NCBI GenBank assembly: GCA_030390025.1
Contig: CM059432.1
Span: 62,436,001-62,500,000 of the forward strand
Length of the DNA stretch: 64,000 nt
Direction: 5' to 3'
Source of the DNA: Squalus acanthias
Lineage: Eukaryota
In this document: positions 25,095-37,808 of the stretch, piece by piece
Numbering within the stretch: position 1 is the first letter of the stretch
Layout of the letters: every line of letters begins with the position of its first letter
The notes under the pieces: model-generated
Seen by the model: only the letters and a program-made list of their open reading frames with translations
Told to the model about the DNA's origin: nothing
The model's database searches: none
Position numbers and translations under genes: made by a program

Positions 25095-26325
25095 TAACAA
25101 CTTGTATTTATATAGTGCTTTTAAGGTAGAAAAACATGCTTTGGAGAGGGTACAGAAGAGACTTACTAGAATGGTTCCAGGGATGAGGGATTACAGTTAT
25201 GTGGATGGACTGGAGAGGCTGGGGTTTTTCCCCTTAGAACAAAGAAGGCTAAGAGGAGATTTGATAGAGGTGTTCAAAATCATGAACGGTTTACATAGAA
25301 GTAAATATGGAAGTAAATAAAGAGAAACGGTTTCCAATGGCTAAAGGGTCGATAGCCAGATTCAATAGTAGCCTTCAAAAGGGAATTGGATAAATACTTG
25401 GAGAAAAAATTGCAGGGATATGGGGAAAGATCGGGTTGTGGGACTAACTGGATTGCTCTTCGAAAGACCCGGCGCAGACTTGATGGGCCAAATGGCCTAC
25501 TTCTGTGCTGTATCATTCTATGATCCCAAGGCATTTTACAGAAGTGTAATCATACAAATATGGACACCAAGCCAAAGTAGGAGATATCATGAAGGTTGAT
25601 CAAAAGCTTGGAAAACAGGTGGGTTTTAAGGCAGGTCTTAAAGGAGGAGAGAGAGGTGGAGAGGTTTAGGGAGGGAATTCCGGAGCATGGGACCTGGGTA
25701 GCAGAAGGCAAGGCTGCCAATGGTGGAGCGAAGGGAGGGATGTACAAGAGGCCAGAGTCAGAGAACAGAGAGCTCTGAGGAGAAGGGTGGTAGGGCTAGA
25801 AGAGGTAGGGAAGGACGGGCCCATGAAGAGATTTAAACACAGAGTTTTAAATTGGAGGACTTGAAGCCAATGTAGATCAGCAAGGATAGGAGTGATGGGT
25901 GACGAGGACTTGATGCGGGACAGAATACAGGCAGCAGAGTTCTGGATGAGCTGAAGTTTACAGAGCATGGAGGATGAGTGGTCAGCCAGGAGAGGATTGA
26001 AATAGTCAAGTCTGGAGGTGACAAAGGTATGGATGAAAGTTTCAGCAGCAGCTGGGCTAATGCAGGGGTGGAGGTGGGTGATGTTACAGAGACAGTCCTT
26101 GCGACGTAGAGGATATGGAGTTGAATGCTCAGCTCGGAGTCAGAGAGGATGCTGAGGTTGTGAACAGTCTGGTTCAAACTGAGTCAGTGGTCGGTGAGGG
26201 GAATGAAATCAGTAGCAAGGGTAAAAAGTTTATGGCGGGGGCCGAAGAAACGGCTTTGATCTTCCCAATGTTTAACTGGAGGAAATTGCGGCTAATCCAA
26301 AACTGGATGTCGGACGAGCAATCAG
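25095..26325 (-). mobile_element. L2 relic with plus-strand CR1 3' fragment inserted at ~25137-25525
   Basis: KLQLIQNSAA..LADLHWL; L2 tail gtagaaaaacat resumes as cccaaggcatttt after the CR1 piece. Confidence 0.75.
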
Positions 26326-27536
26326 TCAGCTCAATGGAGGAAATTAACTGACTTGAAAAGGGTCATTTATGAGTCATTCGAGTATATTGCTTGGCACAAA
26401 AATGCCTTGGTCATTTATCAGAGATTTGCCTCCACATTTACAAGGTTTTGTAATGGTATATGAAATTGTGACTTGGTCTCCAGAAAAAAGATTCTAAGAC
26501 CTAAATAACAGAACCTTCCAAATATAAATGCAGCAAAAGTATAACTGAAGGCAAGAATTTAAAACTGATCAACTATCTATATCTTATTAAACTGTTTATA
26601 TCAGCATGTACTTCCCATCTACAAAACCTTACTTCCTGTGTCATGTTTTTGTCACATTTGTGTGCCAACTTTTTACCATTATAAATTCCTTTGTCCACAT
26701 TTATAACCCAGCTCCATCTTCTCCAGCCCCACCCAGTCTCCAACCTTGTGCCACTGTCTCTCCCCTTTTCAGCCTCCAATCCCACTCTATCTTTCCCCTC
26801 CTCTCCAGCCTGTAACCCTCCCCTGCCTTCCCCCACCCAGAAGAACTACTTGGAGGCTGTTTGCAGTTGCAGGTTCTGGCCAGTGGGTGATACTGCAGAA
26901 CATTTTTTCCCCGCTTTCCCACTCTGATTCTCCACCATGTTGATTTGTCAGTGTGGGAGCTTAACTAGCCAGGTAAGTTCTTCACCTTTTGTAAAATTTT
27001 GATTATATTCTTAAATTTGTATGTCCTAGCCCCTGTTCAAATACAACAAGTCCTATTTAAATTTGGGCCTCCAGTCACTCACCTGTTTATACTGCCGAGC
27101 CCTTCCCCAAGGCCTTTCTGGCTCTGCTGCTTCAACCTCCAACAAAGGCTTTGCAGCCACATAGGCTGATCCTCAGGCTTCACAGCCTACTCTGGGGCCA
27201 TTCTGCACTTCAGTCTCTTCCCCTCAAGCTATTTCTGTGCAATGTCTCAACAGAGCCGTTCCGACCCATTTTTCACCAGCAATGCTGCCTCACCCTCCCA
27301 GGTAGAATACTTCTATTCTTTAAGTATATAGCAGCCCATCACTCCTAATGATGCAGACTCAATTATTTTCATCAGATTTTAGTTTTCTAAATTCTATAAA
27401 ACTTTAATACATAAAGATGATAATTTCTCTCCAATGCATTCTGTCCCCTTCCCACTTCCCAGGTCCACTGTCCTCCCCTTCTACTCATTTCCACCCCTTC
27501 CATGTACTCCTCTATCCCTCCCTCTCCATATCATCC

Positions 27537-27908
27537 TAGAATCATAGAATGGTTACAGCACGGAAGGCGGCCATTCAGCCCGTCGAACCCGTGCCGACTC
27601 TCAGCTAGTCCCACTCCCCTGACCTTTCCCCGTAGCCCTGCAATTTTTTTTCCTTCAGATACTTATCCAACTCCATTTTGAAAGATAAGATTGAGTCTGC
27701 CTCCACCACCCTTTCAGGCAGTGCATTCCAGATCTTAACCACTCGCTGCATAAAAAAGTTTTTTCTTACGTTGCCTTTGGTTCTTTTGCGAATCACCTTA
27801 AATCTGTGTCCTCTGGTTCTCGATCCTTCTGCCAATGGGAACAGTTTCTCTCCATCTACCCTGTCCAGATCCCTCATGATTTTGAACACCTCTATCAAAT
27901 CTCCTCTT
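27537..27908 (-). mobile_element. CR1 3' fragment
   Basis: RGDLIEVFKIM...RTRGHRFK...WNALP in ORF 27605-27979. Confidence 0.85.
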
Positions 27909-27987
27909 GCCCTTCCTTCCCCCACCTCCCACACGGTCCAATTGTCGCCTGCCCGATAACCACGATTGTACATCTTCATTCCCTATA

Positions 27988-28455
27988 TGGGGTATGGTAG
28001 CATAGTGGTTATGTTACTGGACTAGTAATCCAGAGGCCTGGACTAATGATCTGGAGACATGAATTCAAATCCCACCACGGCAGCTGGGGGATTTAAATTC
28101 AGTTAATTAAATTTAAAAAAAGCTAGTGAAACTATCGGATTGTTGTAAAAACCCATCTGGTTCACTAATGTTCTTTAGGGAAGGAAATCTGCTGTCCTTA
28201 CCTGGTCTGGCCTATATGTGACTCCAGACCCACAGCAATGTGGTTGACTCTTAACTGCCCTCTGAAATGGCCCAGCAAGCCACTCAGTTGTAACAAGCAA
28301 TAGCTACGACAAAGTCAGCACTGTGGGAGAACCTTCACAAGGACTGCAGCAGTTCAAGGCGGCGGCTCAACACCATCTTCGAGGGCAATTAGGGATGGGC
28401 AATAAATGCCGGCCTTGCCAGCGACGCCCACATCCCGTGAACAAAAAAATAAAAA
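27988..28455 (+). mobile_element. tRNA-derived SINE, full length
   Basis: A box tagcatagtgg, B box-like gaattcaaatcc, A-rich tail, 10-bp TSD attccctata (27978-27987 / 28456-28465). Confidence 0.85.
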
Positions 28456-28954
28456 ATTCCCTATAATAAATACCATGCAAAAATCAACCAGTAAGTTAAC
28501 ATTTTCATTTACTTATGTGAGTCAACCACTGCAATTGTGCCAATCCTTGGATTGTATGTTCATGGATTCTGATCAAGAAAAAGGTGGCAACAGTAAATAT
28601 TGATTATACAATACTATAGAAACTGACTGCCTTTTCTTGAAAATTGTTGCTTGCAGAACTCTTTAGAAAAGCCTAATTCACTGTACAATATAGGCTGATC
28701 ATTTATTAAACAATGCTAAATATAATCATGCCCAATATTGATGCATTTATTTTTTAACAAACAAGATCTGTATTATGTCTTCTCTCAATTTTCTTCCAAT
28801 AACTAGGAACATTCTCGTCACTCTCAACACCCTCTCCAAAACAATGATGTCCTTTTGAAGATAGGGCACCCTGCCATCGGGTTTAATATTTCATATGCTT
28901 ATTGCATTACTTCACATTTACCAGGTATACAGACTGTTGGCAAACACAATATAC

Positions 28955-29140
28955 CTGCAGTACTTTGGAAAGGAGTGTCAAGACAGCCATCTTGCTCTCT
29001 GGGTTGGATCCCTTTGACCACCATGACTCAAGTTTAGCCCAGTTTGTAAGTACAGCATTGACCAGGAGAATACCCTGCTTCTTTCGTACAGTATGGTCTC
29101 TGAAACTCTGGTCAAGCATTCCATTCAGAACAGTGCTCAC
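28955..29140 (-). CDS. PRKDC: DNA-PKcs exon 14/23 (186 bp)
   Basis: VSTVLNGMLDQSFR...SWWSK...KMAVLTLLSKVLQ; cag/gtata. Confidence 0.95.
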
Positions 29141-29862
29141 CTGTAAGAAAGGAGAAAGAACTGAGCATTGTTGGTGCTCAAAGCCAGCAGGTGAAATGGC
29201 TGAAAATCTTATGGCATCCACATAATCTATAAATTCAACTCTGCACACCTCTCTCCGTAACCTTTAGTTTTTTTGCTGACAGTGTATATATACATAAATA
29301 CAGTAATAAATTACCATAAAATTAATCCATACGTCCCAATTTCATGGCAGTTTTTGGGCTTTACAAAGCTTTTACATCTGTGAGTTACTACACTGGGCCT
29401 TATCACAGATCCTGTGGTATGAGACAACATAAACATACCTCAGCTGTTATAAGTACTTTGTCTGGGCTATGCGTAGGATGACTTTTTTTTTTAAACAATT
29501 CCATAAAGAATTTATAATTGTTGAAAACGGGAGCTATCCTGGTTTGGAACAAATGAATACTAATCAGAGTCAACCTCATCCAGCATCCTCATCCTATATT
29601 ACAACAGTGACTACATTTCAAAATTCCTCATCGGTACTATATATTATAGTATTATATACATGTAATACATTGTACGTTACATGGTATCACACCCCAACTG
29701 TTATAAAACAGTATCCTCCGATCAACAGTGAGAAACACCACAGGGTATCTGCTGGTATACTGAAAAAAGGATGCCTTATTTAATTGCTGGCACCTTTACC
29801 AAAAGTTAACAATTTATACAAAATAATCTTCTCTACACAATTGTAATCTGAATAGTGCTTAC

Positions 29863-30066
29863 CATTTTAGAGTTTTCGCTTGCTGATCTCATTAACTGGG
29901 TCACTGCAGAGTTAAGATTTCTAAGCAATTCACCATTAATGGTTTCAGGAAACAAATTGTAGAAGTATTCACCATGGGAAAAACTGATGAAGTTTCTCTG
30001 GGACGCCCCTGACAGTGGCACAGACAGCTCCACTGTGTTCAATAGCAAGGAGACCAGTTCCTCACA
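29863..30066 (-). CDS. PRKDC: DNA-PKcs exon 13/23 (204 bp)
   Basis: [10 protein letters not shown]...[23 protein letters not shown]...NSKM; tag/gtaag. Confidence 0.95.
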
Positions 30067-30172
30067 CTACAGGGATCGAGAGAGAGAGTATATTCAGGTG
30101 GTTTCAACTTCATTGGCCAGCAATATTAAAAACTTCAGCCAGAAATCATATTCAAATCCAAAATGATCTTAT

Positions 30173-31520
30173 ACAACAACACCTTGTATTTATATAGCGC
30201 CTTTAACGTAATAAAATGTCCCAAGGTGCTTCACAGGAGCGTTATCAAACAAAGTTTGACACCGAACCACAGAAGGAGATATCAAGAAAGATGACCAAAA
30301 GTGTGGTCAAAGAGGTAGGTTTTAAGGGGCGTCTTAAAGGAGGAGAGGTGCAGAGGCAGAAAGGTTTAGGGAGGGAATTCCAGAGCTTAGGGTTTGGCAT
30401 CCGAAGACTCGGCTGCCAATGGTGGAGTGATGAAAATCGGGGATGCACAAGAGGTCAGAATTGGAGGAGTGCAGAGATCTTGGAGGGTTGTAGAGCTGGA
30501 GGAGATTGCAGAGATAGGAAGGGGCAAGGCCTTGGAGGGATTTGAAAACAAGGATAAGAATTTTTAAATCAAGGCGTTGCCGGACTGGGTGCCAATGTAA
30601 GTCAGCGAGCACAGGTGTAATGGGTGAATGGAACTTGGTGCGAGTTACGATACAGGCAGCAGAGTTTTGGATGAGCTTAAGTTTATGGAGAGTGCAGGGT
30701 GGGAGGCCGGACTAGAGAGCATTGGAATAGTCGAGTCTCGATGTAACAAAGTCATGGATGAGGGTTTCAGCAGCAGATGAGCTGAGGCAGGGGCGGAGAC
30801 GGGCGATATTACAGAGGTGGAAGTAGGCGGTCTTGGTGATGGAGAGGATATGGGGTCAGAAGCTTTTCTCAGGGTCAAATAGGTTGCGGAGGCTGCGAAC
30901 AGTCTGGTTCAGCCTCAGACAGTGGCCAGGGAGAGATATGGAGTCGATGTCTGGGGAACGACGTCTGTGGTGGGGACCGAAGACAATGGCTTCGGTCTTC
31001 CCAATATTTAGTTGGAGGAAATTTCTGCTCATCTAGTGGGATGTGAGACAAGCAGTGACAAATCAAAGGCAGTGGAGGGGTCGAGAGAGGTGGTGGTGAG
31101 GTAGAGCTGGGCATCATCAGCATACATGTGGAACCTGACATTGTATTTTGAATAATGTCACCGAGGGGCAGCATGCAGATGAGAAATGGGGTGGGGGGGC
31201 GGACAAGGATAGATCATTGTGGGACTCCAGAGGTAACGGTGTGGGAGCAGGAAGAGAAGTCATCTCTGGCTACAACTGGATATATCGGAATGGAACCAAG
31301 CGAGGGCAGTCCAACCCAGCTGGACGATGGAAGAGAGGCATTGGAGGAGGGTGGTGTGGTCAACTGTGTCAAAGGCTGCAGACAGGTCAAGAAAGATAAG
31401 AAGGATAGTTTCTCTCGGTCACAGTCACATAGGATGTCATTTGTGACTTTGATAAGGGCCGTTTCTGTGCAATGGCAGGGCGGAAACCTGATTGGAGGGA
31501 TTCAAACATGGAGTTGTGAG
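30173..31520 (-). mobile_element. L2-clade LINE 3' part
   Basis: MLPLGDII, LADLHW, PKLWNSLP; ttg-rich tail at 30173. Confidence 0.85.
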
Positions 31521-31649
31521 TATACATCAAAATATGTGTTGTAACTAAAATTCTCAATGCTCTTCCTTCACAGTAAATATAGTAAAAAAGTCAATAATGG
31601 GATCATCTCTCTGAGCAATCAAGACAAAACTTAATGAAACAATCTGATA

Positions 31650-31950
31650 AAAACAAGGCAATGAAACTACATAAAATATCTAACAATAAAACTAGCTGCA
31701 GTGATACTCAACACAATAAAACTACATGATACCTAACACAAAACTTCATACCATGCCTAATATAGCAGAATAAAACTATAAACCATGATACACAGTAAAA
31801 CTAATGGTACTCAACACAATAACATTACAAACAGTGAAACTCTACACAATAAAATAAATTCACTGATATCCAACACACGAAAATTATATCCAATGATAAT
31901 CAAAATAAAGCTGCAGTGATAACCAACACAAGAAAAGTACAGTGATGTGA
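31650..31950. repeat. Degenerate ~30-bp tandem repeat
   Basis: Recurring aacacaataaaacta...gtgatactc units. Confidence 0.5.
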
Positions 31951-32427
31951 TGAGACGGAGTTCTTAATATGGTGATTCAAAACCTTGTTAATTTGACAGA
32001 AAGGCCTTTTTGACTCCAATGGCCATTCACAGAACAAAACAAATAAACATGATTTGAAATACCATATTAACTTATTAAGAATACTCAGACAAAAGCAAAA
32101 TACTGCAGATGCTGGAAATCTGAAATAGAAACAGAAAATGTTGGAAAAACTGCTGAGTGTTTCCAGCATTTTTTTGTTTCCACTTAAGTTTACTCAGTCT
32201 CAGCACAGCCAGTTTAACTCTAGGACTGAATACGCTGGAATACTAAAATGTGCAGCACCCAAGCAGTTATTTTCAAGAATCTATTTTAACCCAGAAAATA
32301 TACTAAGGAAAGAAAAATAATGCACCATAGACAAAATACAAAATGTTACAATTACAACCAGTCTTGTAATGGACAGGTCACTTCTTGAGCCCATCAAATT
32401 TTTATTTGTCACAGTACATTCACTGAC

Positions 32428-32586
32428 CTGCCCACCAAGGGAAAATGACAGTTGTAACAATCCATCTGCTAACATCTTACTGCTGACGTCTATTGATGGG
32501 AGCGATTTCCTCTCATCTCCAGGTGCAATTCCTTTGTAGACAGTTGATAAAAGCTTTGAATTCAGTGGCAGGCCAAGACTCCCAGT
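32428..32586 (-). CDS. PRKDC: DNA-PKcs exon 12/23 (159 bp)
   Basis: TGSLGLPLNSKLLSTVYKGIAPGDERKSLPSID...FSLGGQ; cag/gtcag. Confidence 0.95.
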
Positions 32587-33309
32587 CTGTAATAAATAAC
32601 AGTAGCATTTTAAAATATTTGCGACCAGATCTATGTGTAAATGCCAAATTAACCAAATGATTCTCACAATCTGGATAAATACATAAAACTTGGTCAATAT
32701 TCTTGGACAAGATTAGCCAAATGAGTTAAAATCTCGCAGGCCACACGCTGTGGAAGTCAGGATGGCTTGCTGCCCGCCTTAGCCCGTGCCTATACGACTG
32801 TCGTCCCAAGTTAAATTTGGGCTTGCATCTCTCTTTTCTTTCTCCTATTAGGCACTACCTTGATTTTCGTGACATTTTTTGCCCTCCTGAGGATTCACTA
32901 CTTCAAGTCTCACTTGGTTTCACCGCCTGGGACCAAAGGAACTCTGGTTATGGGAGCAGTCCTTGTATATCTCAGGCTGATTCTTCTTACTTAAATGGGA
33001 GCTGGCACTTCAGACTGATTTGGTGGACAAAAACCCTCTAACTTCATTACCCTGACACCAACCTTTAAAAAAAAAATCATATTCCCTGCAAGAAAAGTAC
33101 TCGCCATCCAAATCTCAACTAGCTTTTGGAAGTGATGTTGCGTTACACTGAGAGAAATGCCATGGTTAAGTGGTGGTTCAGTAATAAATACAATTTGTTC
33201 CAATCTTCTGCAGCATATTTGGGAATTATTTAGATACTATACAAGTAAATTGCTCACAGATGTGTGAGATTCAAACTGTACTGGTGACCTTGTGACATAT
33301 GAAAATTAC

Positions 33310-33433
33310 CTGGCACTTCAACACAGAGTTGAGAAGTTCAGCCTTATGGAGTTGTTTGCATGCCAACAGGATGGAGCTTAATTTGGCATGATCTGTCCGA
33401 CGGTACAGATCCACACTGCACAGATCTTCAATG
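33310..33433 (-). CDS. PRKDC: DNA-PKcs exon 11/23 (124 bp)
   Basis: IEDLCSVDLY...ACKQLHKAELLNSVLKCQ; cag/gtaat. Confidence 0.93.
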
Positions 33434-34034
33434 CTGTCGCACACATTAAAATATAAATTATAAATAAAAACACATGCAAATACTGGAAATCTGAAATAAA
33501 AACACGAAGTGCTGGAAACAGTCAATTAGCACCTGAAAACAGAAAAGATGGGTTAACACTTTGTGTCAGCACCTTTGTTAAAAGAAAGTTCTGATGCAAG
33601 ATTTCAACCTGAAATGTTAAACAATTTTTCAGATGATAATGGAGCTACTCTGTATTTCTAGCATTTATTATATGTATTTTTTTATTCCTACAATACTTTT
33701 TTTTTTAAATGTCTTCCATGCATTTCCTCCTCACCATTCTCCCCAGATCCATACCACTCTTTGAAGGGTGCAAAGATTTCCATAGATGATGCTCTTGGAG
33801 CTCCTCAGTCAATGCACCAGAAGATGCAATGAGAAGGATTCCCCTCCCTCATTAGTTTTCCTTTTCCAGATATCCTGATGAGGCTTCCAAATTCACTCTC
33901 ACAAACTGAAGTGTGGTCTTTCTAGCGGTGGCCATTGGATACCAAACAGTGGTGGGAACTCTGGCTGCTTTTTCTCACTTCCGAACCCAAGGGGGTTAAT
34001 AAGGTCATTGCTGGCCTGGCTGAAATAAGCTAAC

Positions 34035-34750
34035 TCACTACAATCAAGGTTAAAACCTAGGAAAATCCATGCCCTCGCCACTAATTCCATCCTCCTCCCT
34101 GGCCACTGTCACAGGTAGAACCACACTGTTTACAACTTCGGCATCCAATCTAACCCCGAGCTGAACTTCCGACCCTATCTACTGCTGAAACTCTCATCCA
34201 TCCCTCTCTCACCTCCAGACTCGACTATTCCAGTGCTCTCCTGGCTGGCCTCCCATCCTCTACATAAACTCGAGCTCATCCAAAATTCTACTGCACATAT
34301 CCTAACCCACATCGTCCCACTCACCCATTGCCCCTGTGCTCGCTGATCTACATTGGCTCCTGGTCCACTAATGCCTCAAATTTAAAATTCTCAACCTTGT
34401 GTTCAAATCCATTCATGGTTTTGCCCCTCCCTATCTCTGTAACCTTCACCAACTCCACAACCCTCCAAGAACTCTTTGTTCCTCCAACTCTGGCCTCCTA
34501 CAGATCCCCACTCCACTATTGGCAGCCATGCCTTTAGCCATCTAGGCCCTAAGCTCTGGAATTCATGTCCTAAACCTCTCCACTTTCCTCTCCTCCTTTA
34601 AGACTATCCTTGAACCACATTTCCATGACCAATCTTTTAGTCACCCCCACCCCACCTTGCCTCACTGTCGATTTTTGTCTATTATGCTTTTCTGAATCGC
34701 CTTGGGGTGTTTTTCTATGTTAAAGGCGCTATATAAATGCAACTTGTTGC
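34035..34750 (+). mobile_element. L2 LINE 3' fragment
   Basis: Ends ggcgctatataaatgcaacttgttg; reverse-complement match to 30173-30950. Confidence 0.8.
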
Positions 34751-34835
34751 TCAACACATTATGCAGCTGTAAGCCCAGTTACAACAGGAGATATATCTCA
34801 ATTTATTATTACTCCAACAGCATTTCCCATCTTAC

Positions 34836-35044
34836 CTCTGTGATCTAATTCTTTTTCTCATGCTGCCTTCTAATGTTTCTCGATAAGGCAATTTTACCAC
34901 TGCTTTCAAAAGCCTCACACAGGTATCAGGCAGACTTTTCATCACTTGTACATCTGCCATATTAAATCCAATGCTGGGTGGATCAATCACCACTGTTGCT
35001 ACAAGTTCGAACAGGTTGGAATTTAATAAGTCTTTCTCGAGCAC
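34836..35044 (-). CDS. PRKDC: DNA-PKcs exon 10/23 (209 bp)
   Basis: VLEKDLLN...PSIGFNMADVQVMKSLPDTC...IRSQS; cag/gtaag. Confidence 0.95.
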
Positions 35045-36799
35045 CTGAACAGTAAAGGGGGGAAAAATCCAATAAAAATTCTAAACGGTATAATTTGCAC
35101 AACCAAACACAGAAAATTAAATCATGAGCTCATCTGGTTCAATACATTTATTTGTATGTATTTATATATAGATTAATTGAAATTCTGAGAATCTTTGCTT
35201 AAATGTATTTCCTACATGATGTGTGTAATTTTCTGTCATGTAGAGGAAGCTGGTGGATATCAAATCTGAGCAGTGCCATGGTCTACAGTTTGCCAGGAAA
35301 CTACTGCTGATATCATTAGCACTGTTGAGTTTTAATTTTTGTATCCAATTGATGACACAAGCCCACAGCACAATCTGCATGAGATTGAGAACCTCAATCA
35401 GAGGCCATAAGGTGGCCAGTGTGAGAAATGCAAGTTCTCACAAAGTAGAGCAATTGAGGGTGTTCCTCCGGGTTTGGGGTTAATGTGTATTATTAGAGTT
35501 GAATGGAAGATGTTTCACTCTTCCTCTGGCTAGAAATAACCTGGCGTGAAATTATTTATTTTTGTTCCCTTGCAGCACATAGACTATGGTATCCACCAGC
35601 TTCCCTTATTGACAGTGGGTGCCAAAAATAGTAATTCACTCCATTTTCACTTTGATATGGTCAGAATTTCACCCAGTGAGTGTTCTGGCATGACGTGAAA
35701 ACTTTGATATGCACAAGCTCTTTGTTAATTATTATAAAGGAGATCGATTCCACTGTAAACATTCAAACAGATCTAATTATTAATTTGTATTGATCCAATA
35801 TAACTGATATCTTAACAATGCAGTACAGCCTTGGTCACAGCACCAGCAGAATATTCAAATAAAGGACAGATGGACAGTTTGATCAAATATTCCAATTATA
35901 CCAAGGTCCCAGTGAATTTTTTATACGTTGTGTATGCTCCAGATACAGATAGAGTTTAAAAATTGTACTACTCTGCAGAAGTTACATCATTCATTGTAGC
36001 AATTACAGTATTGATGTAACTCTCACCATAATTATCATAGATGCATTTAAAGGGAAGCTAGATAAGCACATGAGGGAGAAAGGAATAGAAGGTTATGTTG
36101 ATGGGGTGAGAAGAAGGGTGGGAGGAGGCTCATGTAGAGCGTAAACACCGGCAGGGGCCGAATGTCCTGTTTCTGTGCTGTAAATAGTTTGTAACTTTGT
36201 AATTAGTACTGTGTTACAACACGGTTGTGCAGTAAGGTGCACTGGAGCTCCACTGGACTATGCAGGGGAGTAGGATACAAGTTGTGCCACAAACGCCGAG
36301 ACAGCAAGTTCTCACTCTTGGCCAAACTGTCCTGAAGAGTCCGAATAGTTCCCCACAGGAGGAGATAGGGAAGGAAAATAGAACGGAGAATCACATTTGG
36401 CTGCTTCCATATTTCTCAGTTTTGATTATAGATCAGCACTGATCCAAACCCTGTAATAGACCATCCTACAGGCAGGGATGGTACATGGTACACCAAGACC
36501 AGAGGGTAGGGGAAAATAAATAACATTCTCCAATAACTAAAAGAGTGAGTTAGCATTGTGCTGTGTGACAGAGTGGTAGAATGCAGGTCCATGGCTTTAA
36601 TCCCCTACACTTGTGAGTTAATACATCACAGTTGTGGTGTGTAGAGTTAAGGCACTCGCTTACGAGCAAGAAGCGAACAAAGACCAATGTATCATCCAGC
36701 AACTGGCTCAAGATGAACACTCAGATTATTGGAATAGGAAAGACTGAAAATGGGGCAAAGAAAAAACACAGTTGATCTGCATTATTGACAAATAATTAT

Positions 36800-37518
36800 G
36801 GCCCCTAATTTCCGATAGGAGGCTTCCTGCGTGTGGATGCCTCCTATCGGAAAAAAATCTACGCACTTACCTGAGGGCTCCCGAGGTCCGGACACTTCCA
36901 CTCCTGGGCCTCCTCACAGTCGAAATGTGCAGGGCCCACGTATCCCAGGGGCGCATGCAGTTCGCAAGCGTCCCTGGGATCACGTGGGCCAGGCGAGCCA
37001 ATGAAAGAAGGGAATCCCCCTTCATATTTTTGACAGATAGACCTGTCAAAAGTATGAATGGAGATCACTCCAAAAAGACACTAAAACATGAAATAATTTT
37101 TTTTTAAACCATCACATTTTTTAAATGAGTTAAAATTACATTAAATTAAATATTTTAAACAAAAATGTAATTTTTTGAAAAAAATTAAAGTTTTTTTTAC
37201 AGGGCTAAAAATAAACTTACCTTTTTTAAAAGTACTTTTAAGTTATAAATGAGTAAAATTTTTTTATTTTTTAAAACTCTTATACTGGTAAAAGCAGGCC
37301 TTACCAAGCGTAAGATTTCTAAGGGTTTTCAGTGGGTGGAGGAACTCTCCCCCCAGCAGAGGCCCTTCTCCAGGGCAGGCGTGCGATCTGTCAAGAGGAT
37401 TCTTGACAGATCGGAAATGCCGGTTTTCAGCGCATGCGCTTCTCGCATGCCTGAAACTGGCATTTCTGATGTCCCTACACAGCTCGTACCCACCCGTAGG
37501 CATTGGAAAATACGGGCC
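36800..37518. mobile_element. PIF/Harbinger-like MITE (related to 19855-20563, opposite orientation)
   Basis: TIR ggcccctaatttcc / ggaaaatacgggcc, TSD tat/tat, shared block ggcccacgtgatcccaggg. Confidence 0.75.
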
Positions 37519-37581
37519 TATATATCTCAATCTGAACAATTGCAAGTATGCAGTATGTTCTATAAAAACCTGAATTACTAC

Positions 37582-37808
37582 CTTCCAGAAATCCTGCTGG
37601 CAGCCCTCCAGGACCATGCTAACAAATTCCATAATCCGGACTATAATTGTGCATTTACTGTAATTGTATTCATCTCTCTCTCTCGGACTAAAAAGTATGT
37701 CCTTGATCCCACAAGCAAAGCTCTCCTGTGCAGCTGTGATGTCATGAGTTGCAAGATTTTTCAGGAAGAAATCGATGGCTGTCATGAAGCCAGATTTAGG
37801 GTGAGTCC
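37582..37808 (-). CDS. PRKDC: DNA-PKcs exon 9/23 (227 bp)
   Basis: THPKSGFMTAIDFFL...YNYSKCTIIVRIMEF...DFWK; cag acceptor, weak gtagta donor (alternative GT 3 nt downstream). Confidence 0.9.

Noticed and set aside
27988..28080. tRNA-like A/B boxes as a tRNA gene
   Set aside because: No clean cloverleaf; followed by a SINE body, A-rich tail and TSD
31650..31950. CRISPR-like repeat array
   Set aside because: Vertebrate intron; degenerate tandem units without unique spacers
36975..37005. ER stress response element (CCAAT-N9-CCACG)
   Set aside because: Orientation and spacing do not fit ERSE or ERSE-II
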